DNA of 64,000 bases, from positions 1-64,000 of the IMG/VR virus record IMGVR_UViG_3300045993_000562. One strand, given 5' to 3'. Position numbers and translations under genes: made by a program. This document shows, piece after piece, positions 10,501 to 20,960 of the stretch (within the stretch, counting starts at the first letter, position 1; each line of letters begins with the position of its first letter). The notes beneath the pieces were generated by a model. It was given only the letters and a program-made list of their open reading frames with translations. It had not been told where the DNA came from and did no database searches. The DNA is from a virus.

Positions 10501-11081
10501 AATTTCCCCTGAACTAGTCGTTCGGCAAAGGCTGGGCTAAACCTGATCCAGTCTAAGTCGTGGTTGGTGTTGGTGTCCATTACACAGCGTTCAAGAGTAA
10601 TAGGTTCCACTGTAAAGGATTTACTGATCAACTCATGCATGGAGTGAACGTCTTCATGAAAATTCTTAACGTTAGGATGATACGACCGTAACGTCATTAT
10701 TTGATTAGTACCCCTCTTACTATAAATAAGGGAGTGCCTATGTTTATGAAGGAACATACACAGATTCTCAACCCCCTCAAGACTATCAGGAACCTCTACG
10801 TTAATGCGGCTCTCCATATATAACATGGGTAAACTAGACTCTATTGGAGCTTCAATCTTTTCCCGCAGGACAATAAACCCTTTCTTCTTAAAGAATTCAG
10901 AGATCTCTTTAACTTTATCGTGAGCGTCTTTCAAAGACCCGTCAATTACTGAAGAAGTAATAGAGTCAGTATGACCTATACCCTGAAGTAGGATACGTAA
11001 GGGTTTTACATCCAACTCCTCACATACCTCTTCAAACGCCGAACAATCCGTGTGATTAACTGTTACATGTAATTCAAACAT
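10497..11081 (-). CDS. Hypothetical protein
   Basis: ORF with GGAGG RBS before MFELHVTV. Confidence 0.6.
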   Translation of the reverse strand: MFELHVTVNHTDCSAFEEVCEELDVKPLRILLQGIGHTDSITSSVIDGSLKDAHDKVKEISEFFKKKGFIVLREKIEAPIESSLPMLYMESRINVEVPDSLEGVENLCMFLHKHRHSLIYSKRGTNQIMTLRSYHPNVKNFHEDVHSMHELISKSFTVEPITLERCVMDTNTNHDLDWIRFSPAFAERLVQGKL

Positions 11082-11312
11082 ACTTCCTCCTACATTATTG
11101 CTGGAAACGGCCAATTATTAGCCGCACGTTGTGGTTGTGTTAGTGAAGCTAATGGGACTGAGGGGTGGTGCTTTTTTAGGAATAGGTACCCACCACTACC
11201 TAGGTCCTCTACCTTAATCTCCTTTAGACCCCTGGCCATCTTTTGTTCCTGCTGTACTTCTAGCGTATCTTCCCGCCTTCTCCAGGCCAGCTCTTCTTGC
11301 ATTATTACATTG

Positions 11313-12365
11313 TCACTCATGTTTGAAACCTTTCTGTAATTCAAAGAAATCCTTAATAAAGTAGTCTACCTTCTCCTGAGTTTCAAGTTTAAGTACGTGA
11401 TCTTGAAGTGAACCCTCTAAGGAGTTATCTCCCCAGTTCTTCAGAGTCTTGATGAAGTTACCTAGCTCGAGATTCTCTAGTCCAGTGATAATCCTTATAC
11501 GTTCTCCATTGAACAGGGTTCTATATTGCTCGTACTTGTTGACCCTGAGACGTACTTCTTCGTACCTTTCTTGAAATCCTGGAAACTGAATGAACGCCTC
11601 CTGTAGAAATTCCACACTAGTCTTCCTACCGCCACACTCTTCCATCGAAGGCCACTTATATTCAGGCAGCCCGGACTTGTCTTTCATCCATTCAAGGAAC
11701 AGCCTATAGTTTTTCCTCTTCTTGTCACGAGTACGAGAAATGTGACTTCTATTCTCAAGAAGGAAAATCTCCTTGTTAAAGAAACGGCTTGTAGCTGCGT
11801 AGATAAAGACGTCTTCCAGTTCTTGGAACCCCCTACTCAACATACCAAAGTCATACCCTAGAAACCTGAGCACTACTGGCATATCCCTTGAGATGATTAT
11901 TTCTTCTACGACGTGATCATCCATAGCTCGGAATTGATACACCAGCCCTTGATGGCCGTACTTGAAACCCATCTTATGGGCTATACGCCCTATGAAGTTA
12001 CCTAAGTCGTTGAAAGCGAAGTAAATGTAGGTTGAGAAATACTCTACACTAGGCACCTTAATGACGTCAACCTGGAAGCCCTGGTACTCAGCGGAGATGC
12101 AGTTACCGTTGCTGACAACCTCCTTAGAGTTGAAGGCCTTCCGTATTTCTTCTTTAAGGTCAGTATAGTTAACATGTTCTATTATCTCAAACAGAACATC
12201 TAAGTCCCCGAAGTCTGGCTTGCTAGAGTAACTTCTAATAGGGTTAATCCTAGCATTTCTAAAGTTTAAGCCCCTGAGGATAGGGACAACATCAAAGACT
12301 ATCTTTTCGTAATCCACTGCTGAGACACGCCTCGTCTCACAGTTCTTAAGTGCATTCCCACCCAT
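11313..12365 (-). CDS. Pol-beta-like nucleotidyltransferase
   Basis: Starts MGGNAL; DFGDLDVL and FQVD acidic motifs. Confidence 0.55.
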   Translation of the reverse strand: MGGNALKNCETRRVSAVDYEKIVFDVVPILRGLNFRNARINPIRSYSSKPDFGDLDVLFEIIEHVNYTDLKEEIRKAFNSKEVVSNGNCISAEYQGFQVDVIKVPSVEYFSTYIYFAFNDLGNFIGRIAHKMGFKYGHQGLVYQFRAMDDHVVEEIIISRDMPVVLRFLGYDFGMLSRGFQELEDVFIYAATSRFFNKEIFLLENRSHISRTRDKKRKNYRLFLEWMKDKSGLPEYKWPSMEECGGRKTSVEFLQEAFIQFPGFQERYEEVRLRVNKYEQYRTLFNGERIRIITGLENLELGNFIKTLKNWGDNSLEGSLQDHVLKLETQEKVDYFIKDFFELQKGFKHE

Positions 12366-12393
12366 TATTGGTACCTCTAGGTTTGGTTGAATT

Positions 12394-12440
12394 TGGAGCG
12401 GGATAAGAGACTCGAGCTCTACCAACTGAGTTAATCCCGC
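12394..12440 (-). pseudogene. Internally deleted tRNA-Gly-like gene (no anticodon arm)
   Basis: GCGGGATTAACTCAGTTGGTAGAG joined directly to CTCGAGTCTCTTATCCCGCTCCA; 47 nt ending in CCA. Confidence 0.75.
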
Positions 12441-12451
12441 ATTGATTGAAA

Positions 12452-12910
12452 CTAAGATTTGTTACGTATTGAAGTCCAACGGTCTTTAACATCCAGAAAA
12501 ACCAACATAAACTTGTTAGTTAGTAATTCCACCCGTATCATTAGAATGTTAGTCACGTATATTATGGCCGGTACTAACGCCCAGTATATCAGGGAATACA
12601 CTGACTTAGTTTCAAATACTATAGAACACGCCCCTAGAACTGCAGCTATACCCATTAACAATATAGGGAGTCTGATCAGGGCTAAACTCAGATTGTAAAC
12701 CAGCCCATAGGTAGGGTTAGGGTTTTGTTCTATTAGTATAGCTATGTACGACGGGGTTAAGATGCTGATAAGTATCACCCCCCTATAACCTAGGTGATCC
12801 ATAACCACGTGGAACACCGTATATCCCGCTAAGGTTATTAGGTATATACCAATAGCGAATACAGTAAAAAGTAAAGTCATGGCGACTTTAGAGGGTTTTA
12901 TTGACGGCAT
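12452..12910 (-). CDS. Multi-pass membrane protein
   Basis: 4 hydrophobic segments. Confidence 0.6.
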   Translation of the reverse strand: MPSIKPSKVAMTLLFTVFAIGIYLITLAGYTVFHVVMDHLGYRGVILISILTPSYIAILIEQNPNPTYGLVYNLSLALIRLPILLMGIAAVLGACSIVFETKSVYSLIYWALVPAIIYVTNILMIRVELLTNKFMLVFLDVKDRWTSIRNKS

Positions 12911-12929
12911 ATATTCTCACTTAAACTAT

Positions 12930-13008
12930 TGGGGGGCCAGATAGGACTCGAACCTATATTGATCCAGTTACACGGCTACCGCTTAGAAGGCGGTTGTGAT
13001 ACTGACCC
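12930..13008 (-). tRNA. Atypical tRNA-Arg(TCT) lacking a canonical D-arm
   Basis: GGGTCAG/CTGGCCC acceptor, ACCGC-CTTCTAA-GCGGT anticodon arm, ATAGG-TTCGAGT-CCTAT T-arm, CCA. Confidence 0.7.
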
Positions 13009-13357
13009 ATACTCCAGGGTAGTTTAACCTTTAAGTAGCGCTATCTTACGACATTTAACCGTGAAGACCGGGATTCTACCGATCTCTCTATGAATGAACT
13101 TATCTTTACTGATGTCCCGATTCCTGGGACCTATCTTAATCAGATGTTGCACTTTCTTTTCAGCTTGTCGTTCTGCGTCACGGTGCTCCAACTCTTTACC
13201 AAACACCTTTGCTACCGCACGTCCGAACAATCCCATTTTATTCTTATGCATAAAAAACTCCCGTTGAGTTAAGTTAAGTTGCAGTGTTTACTGCACTTTT
13301 CTTATACCAATTAATGGGAGTTAAATTGAGCTAAAAAGAGGGTCCAGCCTCTTTATA

Positions 13358-13774
13358 CTACCACCTACCGCTAGTCTTAACCAGCGAAGGTTTTAGTAAG
13401 AGTTCATCAGAGAAGACGATGGTTTTAATACCCCGCTCAGTGAAGTATTCCTCAGTCATACCCATACGAGTAAGGTAATGCTGTGGGAGAATAACTACGT
13501 CGTCACCAACCTTGTCGTACTTATCGAACACAAGCTTCATGTCGTTAATCATGTATTGTGGTACTACGTCGTCATCTGCTTGCATCTCTTCCACTTCTAC
13601 AACTATATCCACGGGATCCAATGGATGTCCGTAAGCCATATCTACTGCACCCATAATGTTTCTATCCACCCACTCATCCATAGTGTCCCTTACGTAAGCT
13701 AGTCTGAAACTAAACCAGTCACGTATTGCCACATAGTATTGGGAAAGCGGCCACGCAGATGGCGTCTGCTTCAT
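13358..13774 (-). CDS. Hypothetical protein
   Basis: ORF in the minus-strand gene run. Confidence 0.5.
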   Translation of the reverse strand: MKQTPSAWPLSQYYVAIRDWFSFRLAYVRDTMDEWVDRNIMGAVDMAYGHPLDPVDIVVEVEEMQADDDVVPQYMINDMKLVFDKYDKVGDDVVILPQHYLTRMGMTEEYFTERGIKTIVFSDELLLKPSLVKTSGRW

Positions 13775-14267
13775 GATTATTCACTCCTTTCTCTAATTTA
13801 TCTAATCCTAATATACACGCTGCTGCGGCCATACTGAATTTTTTGTCAAGTAGCCCTGACGAACTTGGATTATCGAACCCCCTAGTCTTTACTAGGGTTT
13901 TTACCAAGGCAGTTTTCCACTCTATAGATCTTACTAATAAAACGCTAGGATCACTTTGGTTACTGTTAATTTTACCACGATAGTGTAAGATACCCAGTAT
14001 GGATCCGACTAAAATATTAATATCTTCTGCAACACTTGGAGAGGTTCCCCCGAAAGACACAAATCTTTCTAAAGTTACATAGTGAATGTCTTTACCCTCA
14101 GTGAAGGTGTTACATATGTAATCCGCACATGCTGACATGCTGGTAAAGGATGAAGTATCTAGAGTTTCTGCCTTAACCAATGAAAAGGTTTTATCCTCAT
14201 TAATCCTAAGTAGGGATATCCCACAATTAGTTTTACCGGGATCTACCCCTAAACACATTTTTATCAT
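13719..14267 (-). CDS. RuvC-like Holliday junction resolvase
   Basis: LGVDPG, LE and HEADAI acidic motifs. Confidence 0.8.
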   Translation of the reverse strand: MIKMCLGVDPGKTNCGISLLRINEDKTFSLVKAETLDTSSFTSMSACADYICNTFTEGKDIHYVTLERFVSFGGTSPSVAEDINILVGSILGILHYRGKINSNQSDPSVLLVRSIEWKTALVKTLVKTRGFDNPSSSGLLDKKFSMAAAACILGLDKLEKGVNNHEADAICVAAFPILCGNT

Positions 14268-14342
14268 ATAATGTACCTATACTGTGATAAAAGGGGGACC
14301 TCATCAAATATGAAGAGGTATCACTTGGATAAGTGTAAGTCC

Positions 14343-14580
14343 CTACTTACTAGCCCCATTAATCCTATTCAACACTTGTAACCTCTCATGTGGCTCATAT
14401 AGAGTCCACTCAGTTATTTCATCGCTTGTTCGCAGACAGCCCTCACATACTCCACCTCTCAACACACACCTACCTTGACAAGGAGAATCCTCCCTACCAA
14501 GTGATAATAGGTTTATAGGAGGCAGTTCCAGGTCTGGCCAGGCTATAGAATTAGCCGCATTTGCTGCTTCCACAGTCTGC
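14343..14580 (-). CDS. DUF1289-like small Cys-rich protein (start uncertain)
   Basis: SPCQGRC...CEGCLRTSDEITEW. Confidence 0.65.
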
Positions 14581-17160
14581 GCACTTCTGGCATCCTTCGC
14601 TGTAGATAATGTTACTAGATTCGCATACCTCACACTTTTGACCCTCCGCTTTCTCACCATCTTTAATAAGGGTAGATAGGAACTTCTTAATTTGGAATAG
14701 GAAAGATCCCACAAAGATATCCTCCACCTGATCCAGGGTATGAACAATGTTCCTTATCAGAATACCATGTCTTAGACACATGCTTATAACTCTGGCTATC
14801 TTAGTGGCATTACTATCTGCCCCGCTCTTATCCATTGTTGCCTCAATGTGTCGTTCGGGAATACCCTTACGTCTAGCTAGCTCTACTAAGTGCTCCATAG
14901 CACCAGTAGTAGTTACACTCTTTTCATGGCTATTGGTGTGCACAAATAATGCGAAAGGTCTAGTCTGTTCCTCATTCCAGATAATCGTCAAGTACCACTT
15001 ACGATCTTCTGCTTTAAGGATCTTCATAGTTGCAGGGGAGCTATCAGGCAACTTAACATCACTAAGGATTATCTCCTCATCAGTAGATTCAGCGTTAAGC
15101 TCATCTTTAGCAGCCAATACTGAGGTCATAGTTCCAGACCGGTAGGTAGTTACGCCCTTCACATAATTAGACTTATACGCATCTAAGTAGATGTCACCAA
15201 AGGATGTGAACGGATACTCATTAGGCACGTTAACCGTCTTGCTCATAGCGGAATCAATCCACTTAGCAAATCCGGTCAGGTCATTGACGTGGTCGTTTAC
15301 TGACATACTAACAGTGGTAGCTGCCCAGTCTGCCGTAGGATCCCACTCACCAATACGCTTCATGAATCGGACTCCGTAGTCCTCACACAGAACCTCTTTA
15401 GTTAATCCGCGGTTCTTGTCTATCTTATAAACAATCCCATTAGGGTCAATACCACGGAGGATTTCCTCATCACCCTCTTTTGCAAGTTTGAACATCTCTG
15501 TCTCAAACCACTCCCCCTCAAACCACCTAGGGGTTACTTTAGATATGTGATCTGGCATAGCGTTAACTATAACAGTGCGGATATACTCATGCATGAAAAC
15601 CGGCTCTAAACCTCCGGACACTACGTTTGCAAATATGGAAGTGTTTCCAGTAGGCTGTATAGACAGTAGAGAGCTGTTGCGGATACCAGTCTTTCCCATT
15701 CTATCCAATACTGATTGAGGTAGTCCTAGACTCTTAACAAAAGCCCCGGCTACGTGTTTCTCAGGTTGACATAATGGGAACATGCCTTTTTCTTCTGCAA
15801 GGGTTACGGAATACGTGTAGGAGGTTTGGGCTATAGTCCTCATAAGGTCTTCACGAATAGTGTTTGCTTTTTCAGACCCCAGTCTCGTCTTGAGCATATA
15901 CAATGCTGAGCCCCACCCAAGAATACCAACCCCAATGCGTCTTTTGTTGCGCATGGAGAACTCGTACTCAGGTAATGGAGCCTTAGATAAATCACTTACG
16001 TTATCTAAGAATCTTACCAGGTATTCAGTGTACATCTTTACTTTTTCCAGATCAAAACCAGTTCTTGTGTTGTTCAAGAAGTGTACAAGGTTTAGTGAAC
16101 CCAAGTTACATACGTTGCCTGGGGACAATGTTTGCTCTCCGCAAGGATTCGTAGCAAATATGGTTTCTAGGTAATTCAAAGGGCCATAGTAATTAGCACG
16201 GTCAAGGAACAATATACCAGGTTCCGCCCTATTGTAGGTGGACTCCATGATCAGGTTCCACAACCACTTTACAGAAACCGTGTTATGGATAACCACAGGA
16301 TATCCTTTAGATTTCCACAGGCCTATATCCCCGTTCCACTCTTGTTTATACTTTTCAAAAGTAGTTTCAGGGAACATTAAGTCCCACTTATCTAATTCCT
16401 GGATTTCTGCTGCACTATCGTTTACGCTAGATTCAAGTTCAGAAATACGTACCACTCTATCCATGAACTCATCCGTACAATTAACGGAGATATTAAACTT
16501 AGACAGGCGGCCGGGTTGCTGTTTAGCAGTAATGAATTCTACAAGGTCAGGGTGCCAGCAGTCTAAAACTCCCATCATTGCGCCTTTACGGATCTTACCC
16601 TTAGCTCTTTTATTTGAAGATTTCTTACCAGACCCAGAGGTGATGATATCGGAAGCCCTATCAAACAGCTCCATGTACTTAACTGCCCCGGGGGACTCAA
16701 CTCCAATACCATGAATGAAGGATCCTCTAGGACGTATGTAGCTAAAGTTCTCCCCCCAGCCACCCTCTGATTTAAGGGTGTTAGCCTGATCATTCAGAGT
16801 CTTCATTATGTTGTTAAGGGAGTCAATATCGTGTGAGGCCCTTGGAGCAACATAACAATTCATAAGAGTAGTAGACTTCCACTCAGTTCCCGCGTTAGCA
16901 TAAATGCGTCCGCCAGAAGTGGCTTTGAATCCACTAAGTAGGTCGTAGAACTTATCCGTCCACTCCCTCTGTAAATCTGATGTTTTTTCCATTGATGCGA
17001 CGGCGGTGGCTACTCGCAACATCGTATCATTTACATCTTTATCGTTGTGGTCTTTATAAGTAGAGGCCCAGATTTCTTCTGAGAATCCGTCTTCAAAAAC
17101 TGTTTGTGAAGTTGATTGTACTGCCTGAGTTGTATCTCGTTGTTCTATTATCATTTCCAT
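14551..17160 (-). CDS. nrdJ: Class II (B12-dependent) ribonucleotide reductase
   Basis: GGRI, NC, TNPCGEQ, QPTGNTS, GLEP, KGVTTYR and C-terminal CxxC..EGCxxCxxCG.SKC; no nrdB partner in window. Confidence 0.9.
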   Translation of the reverse strand: MEMIIEQRDTTQAVQSTSQTVFEDGFSEEIWASTYKDHNDKDVNDTMLRVATAVASMEKTSDLQREWTDKFYDLLSGFKATSGGRIYANAGTEWKSTTLMNCYVAPRASHDIDSLNNIMKTLNDQANTLKSEGGWGENFSYIRPRGSFIHGIGVESPGAVKYMELFDRASDIITSGSGKKSSNKRAKGKIRKGAMMGVLDCWHPDLVEFITAKQQPGRLSKFNISVNCTDEFMDRVVRISELESSVNDSAAEIQELDKWDLMFPETTFEKYKQEWNGDIGLWKSKGYPVVIHNTVSVKWLWNLIMESTYNRAEPGILFLDRANYYGPLNYLETIFATNPCGEQTLSPGNVCNLGSLNLVHFLNNTRTGFDLEKVKMYTEYLVRFLDNVSDLSKAPLPEYEFSMRNKRRIGVGILGWGSALYMLKTRLGSEKANTIREDLMRTIAQTSYTYSVTLAEEKGMFPLCQPEKHVAGAFVKSLGLPQSVLDRMGKTGIRNSSLLSIQPTGNTSIFANVVSGGLEPVFMHEYIRTVIVNAMPDHISKVTPRWFEGEWFETEMFKLAKEGDEEILRGIDPNGIVYKIDKNRGLTKEVLCEDYGVRFMKRIGEWDPTADWAATTVSMSVNDHVNDLTGFAKWIDSAMSKTVNVPNEYPFTSFGDIYLDAYKSNYVKGVTTYRSGTMTSVLAAKDELNAESTDEEIILSDVKLPDSSPATMKILKAEDRKWYLTIIWNEEQTRPFALFVHTNSHEKSVTTTGAMEHLVELARRKGIPERHIEATMDKSGADSNATKIARVISMCLRHGILIRNIVHTLDQVEDIFVGSFLFQIKKFLSTLIKDGEKAEGQKCEVCESSNIIYSEGCQKCADCGSSKCG

Positions 17161-17317
17161 CTCGTTATTATTATGTGGGTACTTCTACTACCAAAAACAT
17201 ACCAGAATTTTTCAGTGAACTGTTATGTTAATACAAATTTATCTAAAAAACAAGGTTTTAAAATCCAATGAAATCAACAGGATGCGTGTAACATCCTGTT
17301 GACATTGAAGAAAATAT

Positions 17318-17692
17318 TTAGCTAATTACGATTGTTCCAGAATCGTTAGTTGCTTCTACTTCTGCTGACTCACCCTCTTCGTTCACTGGAGTAGCGTTGA
17401 AATCCGGGTTTGAAGCCCAAAGCCATTTACCAGCCGTACGTTGAGTTTTGTCCAAAGTTTCCGAAGGACAACTACTTCTCATGATAATGTTACATGAATC
17501 TACACGTGAATCCCTACAGTAACACATGCGGGTTCTAATCCAGCGAGGCCTGCCGTATCTATCCTCGACAGGATTTGAAGGGGCGTTGAGTTCCTTCTTT
17601 GACATAACAGGGTTAACCATTATTATCTCTTGATCAATCTCATCTACGCCTTCTACTATGCGGTCGATGAATTCTGCAGTTTCTTCAGACAT
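17318..17692 (-). CDS. Hypothetical protein
   Basis: ORF with AGGAG RBS. Confidence 0.55.
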   Translation of the reverse strand: MSEETAEFIDRIVEGVDEIDQEIIMVNPVMSKKELNAPSNPVEDRYGRPRWIRTRMCYCRDSRVDSCNIIMRSSCPSETLDKTQRTAGKWLWASNPDFNATPVNEEGESAEVEATNDSGTIVIS

Positions 17693-18479
17693 GCGTACTC
17701 CTGGTTAAGTTAAAAATCTAATGCCTTTTCTCATCATGCCTTATGCACATCTCGAGCACGGCCCGGACAACCCCTAGGTTGGTAGGGACGTTCTCAGCTG
17801 ATGTGCGCAATCCAAGTATAGAGTAGCTCTATACGACGTGCGTACACGTACAAAATACAAAAGGTGAAACTTTGAAACTTGTGTGTATACTGATTTCCGA
17901 TAGGAAATTGGTTTAGCTCTTCGAAGCTTATCAATAGTATAAGTACTAATAGATCTCGAGCTCGCTCTCCACCTGCTGCTACCAATGACGAAGGAAATTG
18001 GTAGTGCTTTGATGAAGAGTGGTAACCGTAAAGTGTAACACTTCACTCACCACCGATACCTTTAACACCACTAGTCGAAACTATGGGCCTTAGATAAGTG
18101 GATATATACTATACTCACAAATTTCTTATACCGCAAATATTCGTATTATTGAGATGGTTGCAACGGGTGTCTATGATTGAAATCACCCTTGGCCTCATGT
18201 TTCTGGTAAAAGTCAATCATCTTTGAAATGACCTTCTCTCCGTCAAAGACCCGACGTAGTAAGGACTGAGAAGCACCCTTGTGCCCACGCTCTTCGATGA
18301 ATGAGCAGTATTGACTCAGGTAGTCAAAGCACTCCGGTCGTAAAATTTCTCCAGTGTCTCCATCTACTAGACACTTCTCTTTTAAGTTCACATGAATCAT
18401 GTTATCTCCTTTCAGTTAGTTTTAGTGTTACCTAGTCAAACCCCTGAGTAAACAAGGGCCTGACGAAGTGCACTTACTG

Positions 18480-20960
18480 TTACAAACGTGGATCCAGACC
18501 TTTTTCCTTACCCAGCTCAGCAATCATCTTAACCATGAGTTCGGTTCTACGTTCACCTTTGTCGCTCAGCAAAGCCAAGGTCAATTCGTGCTCCTTGATA
18601 GAAGTACGCATTTTACCATTAGTTTTTTTCTGTTCGCAAAGCTTATCGTAACGTAGCCAAAAATCATAACCGTAGACAATTGTGAGGTAGGATTTGTTCC
18701 GAACCTTCATGTACGGTGCAACTTCCGGCTTGTAGTAACGAGGCTTAACTACGATGCCCTCCATACCTTCGGCTGTAGTCTTCTTATTGAAGAACTCCTG
18801 AGCTTCCAGCAAACCTACTGCAGTGTTTACAACGATAAACTCATCGTCAGAGACCTTGCTGTAAGCCTCATCTGCACTCATGGTTGTAACCTGCTCCACC
18901 CCATCAATACTAAGTATTGAGAATGGTTTAGCGTGAGGCTCCCCAACTTCCCCATACAACGCCAACTGTTGAAAGAAGACATTGAGGAACTCTTGACGTT
19001 CATCCAGTTTCAACTCTTTATGCAACGTGAGTTTAGCTAGCTCTTCATCATGATCCAAATCAGTCAGCTCATTGAGAACCAGATCACCGTAAGCCTGAAA
19101 GTCTCTATTAATGAGACCAGCACCCAGTAGAGACCAAGGCATCAGCTCACAGTCTAGGATCAACTCGCTTTTCCAGAAGTCTAGTTTAACGAATTTATCG
19201 AAGGCGTCACTGATCAGCTTCTGAATACCATCCTGGTGAACTACATACCCATTACGAGACACAGCGAAAGACTTCTCAGGAGTATCACGATACAGATAGA
19301 GTTGGCCACGAGAGCCCATGTACTTAGGCTCAATGACAACCTCCTCAACACCGTAGTCCTTGAAGTACTTCAATGCCTCTTCTAGGGACTCGATGTCATC
19401 CTTGGTAGAACGAGCCGGAGCCATTGTACCAGACACGTACTGCACTCGTGAGTTTTCCAACCTGCGCAGAGTCTTCAAGTCGTCATCCGACAAGTCATAC
19501 TGTTTCAAACTGAACTCTTGTTCCACTTTGATCGGAGTTACTGCATCGGTACGAAGAGCCTTTTCCTCGTACTCAAACAGTTTTTCACAATCAACTTGAA
19601 TCAAACGGTCTTGTTCAGCCATGATCACCATTGCCGATAACTTACCTCCGTAGACGGCACCAGTATCCAGCATATACTTGTTCTTATAGTTGATCCGCTG
19701 AGAACAATGAGCTACATGGCCCATTATGTGCATAGGGTGGTTACCCTTAGCTTCAGTGAATAAGAACTCATAATGAGGGCGGGCATCATCAGCCATAAAC
19801 CTACGCAAGTTACGTTGTTCACGTTGGGCGAAGTCTGACACCTTGCCGATGAACTCGTTCTTGCATGGTGCGTGAGTTACGTACACGGTTGGAGCGTTGA
19901 TACGAGTTAGCTTCAAGTAAGGTACGGAACGTGCCCATATCTCTACCACCTTATCAGCGTACTCTTGGTTTTCCGGCTTGAGCAAGAATCCTAATGAACT
20001 GAAGGATTTAGCTTCTAAGTCCAAGTTGGGATCAATCTCACCGAGGATACGTTTCACAACGTAGTTCTCATGATTGGCACGCACTACTATGGCACCCCTG
20101 GCGTTTACCAGAGTCCACACCGTGTCAACTATCTCCTTAGTGAAACCACCTTTGTCCAAGTAGTCACCGATCAGTACTATACGCACATTGTCATGAGTAT
20201 AGGTTGAGTCTACAATCCGTAACATATCCATCAGAGCGGTGTTATGTTCGTGGACGTCACCTACTATCACAAACGTATCATCACCCTCCAGAGTGTAGTT
20301 AGGTAACATGGCCAACCCGTTAGAATCAACGGTTACAACAAAGCCGCCTTCCACGTTAGGACTCTGATTGATACGATGACGCATACGATATACAGCGTCG
20401 TAGTCTTTAGAACGGGTAGATGGCATCACCTCAGTCTTGAATCGTTTTGCTTGAGCTGCAATAACAACACGATACTTGTGCTCACGGCCTTCCGGTATAG
20501 CGTCATAAAACTCAGAATGAGGCAGGTCAAACAGGACTAGTTGCACATGGTAACATGCATCCTTGGCAATCCTAGATACTTCATTGCGGAACCAAGGATC
20601 CAATCCCGTCGTGTCCACAATGACGTATGGAGTATTGACGGGGAAAGAGGTGAAGGCCTTTAACTCTGCGAACAGAAGTTGGAAAGCTTGCTCAGACAGT
20701 TCCTGCATCTCAGTAGTACAATAACTAGGGGTTTCCTTACCGGTAAGCACACTGCGGTAAGCATCACTAGTAAGAACAGAGACTGGACGCAGGCCTACCT
20801 TAATCTCATTAAACAGCTTCAGATATCCCTTCTCCAACTCAGCCGCCAAGTTCCAAGCGAATGTAGTCTTACCACAACGAGAAGGTCCAGCCAGAATGAA
20901 CACCGTGTTTAATGGCGCTGAGATCTGAACTTGACTCTTTTTCAAAGCAACGGCGGTCAT
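18480..20960 (-). CDS. pnkp: Polynucleotide kinase-phosphatase-ligase (Pnkp)
   Basis: P-loop GPSRCGKT; metallophosphatase GDVH/GDYLDKG/NHE; ligase motifs EPKYMGSR and EGIVVKP. Confidence 0.9.
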   Translation of the reverse strand: MTAVALKKSQVQISAPLNTVFILAGPSRCGKTTFAWNLAAELEKGYLKLFNEIKVGLRPVSVLTSDAYRSVLTGKETPSYCTTEMQELSEQAFQLLFAELKAFTSFPVNTPYVIVDTTGLDPWFRNEVSRIAKDACYHVQLVLFDLPHSEFYDAIPEGREHKYRVVIAAQAKRFKTEVMPSTRSKDYDAVYRMRHRINQSPNVEGGFVVTVDSNGLAMLPNYTLEGDDTFVIVGDVHEHNTALMDMLRIVDSTYTHDNVRIVLIGDYLDKGGFTKEIVDTVWTLVNARGAIVVRANHENYVVKRILGEIDPNLDLEAKSFSSLGFLLKPENQEYADKVVEIWARSVPYLKLTRINAPTVYVTHAPCKNEFIGKVSDFAQREQRNLRRFMADDARPHYEFLFTEAKGNHPMHIMGHVAHCSQRINYKNKYMLDTGAVYGGKLSAMVIMAEQDRLIQVDCEKLFEYEEKALRTDAVTPIKVEQEFSLKQYDLSDDDLKTLRRLENSRVQYVSGTMAPARSTKDDIESLEEALKYFKDYGVEEVVIEPKYMGSRGQLYLYRDTPEKSFAVSRNGYVVHQDGIQKLISDAFDKFVKLDFWKSELILDCELMPWSLLGAGLINRDFQAYGDLVLNELTDLDHDEELAKLTLHKELKLDERQEFLNVFFQQLALYGEVGEPHAKPFSILSIDGVEQVTTMSADEAYSKVSDDEFIVVNTAVGLLEAQEFFNKKTTAEGMEGIVVKPRYYKPEVAPYMKVRNKSYLTIVYGYDFWLRYDKLCEQKKTNGKMRTSIKEHELTLALLSDKGERRTELMVKMIAELGKEKGLDPRL

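Noticed and set aside
14747-16714. Long plus-strand ORFs opposite nrdJ (and similar ones opposite other large genes)
   Set aside because: Antisense shadows of strongly supported minus-strand genes
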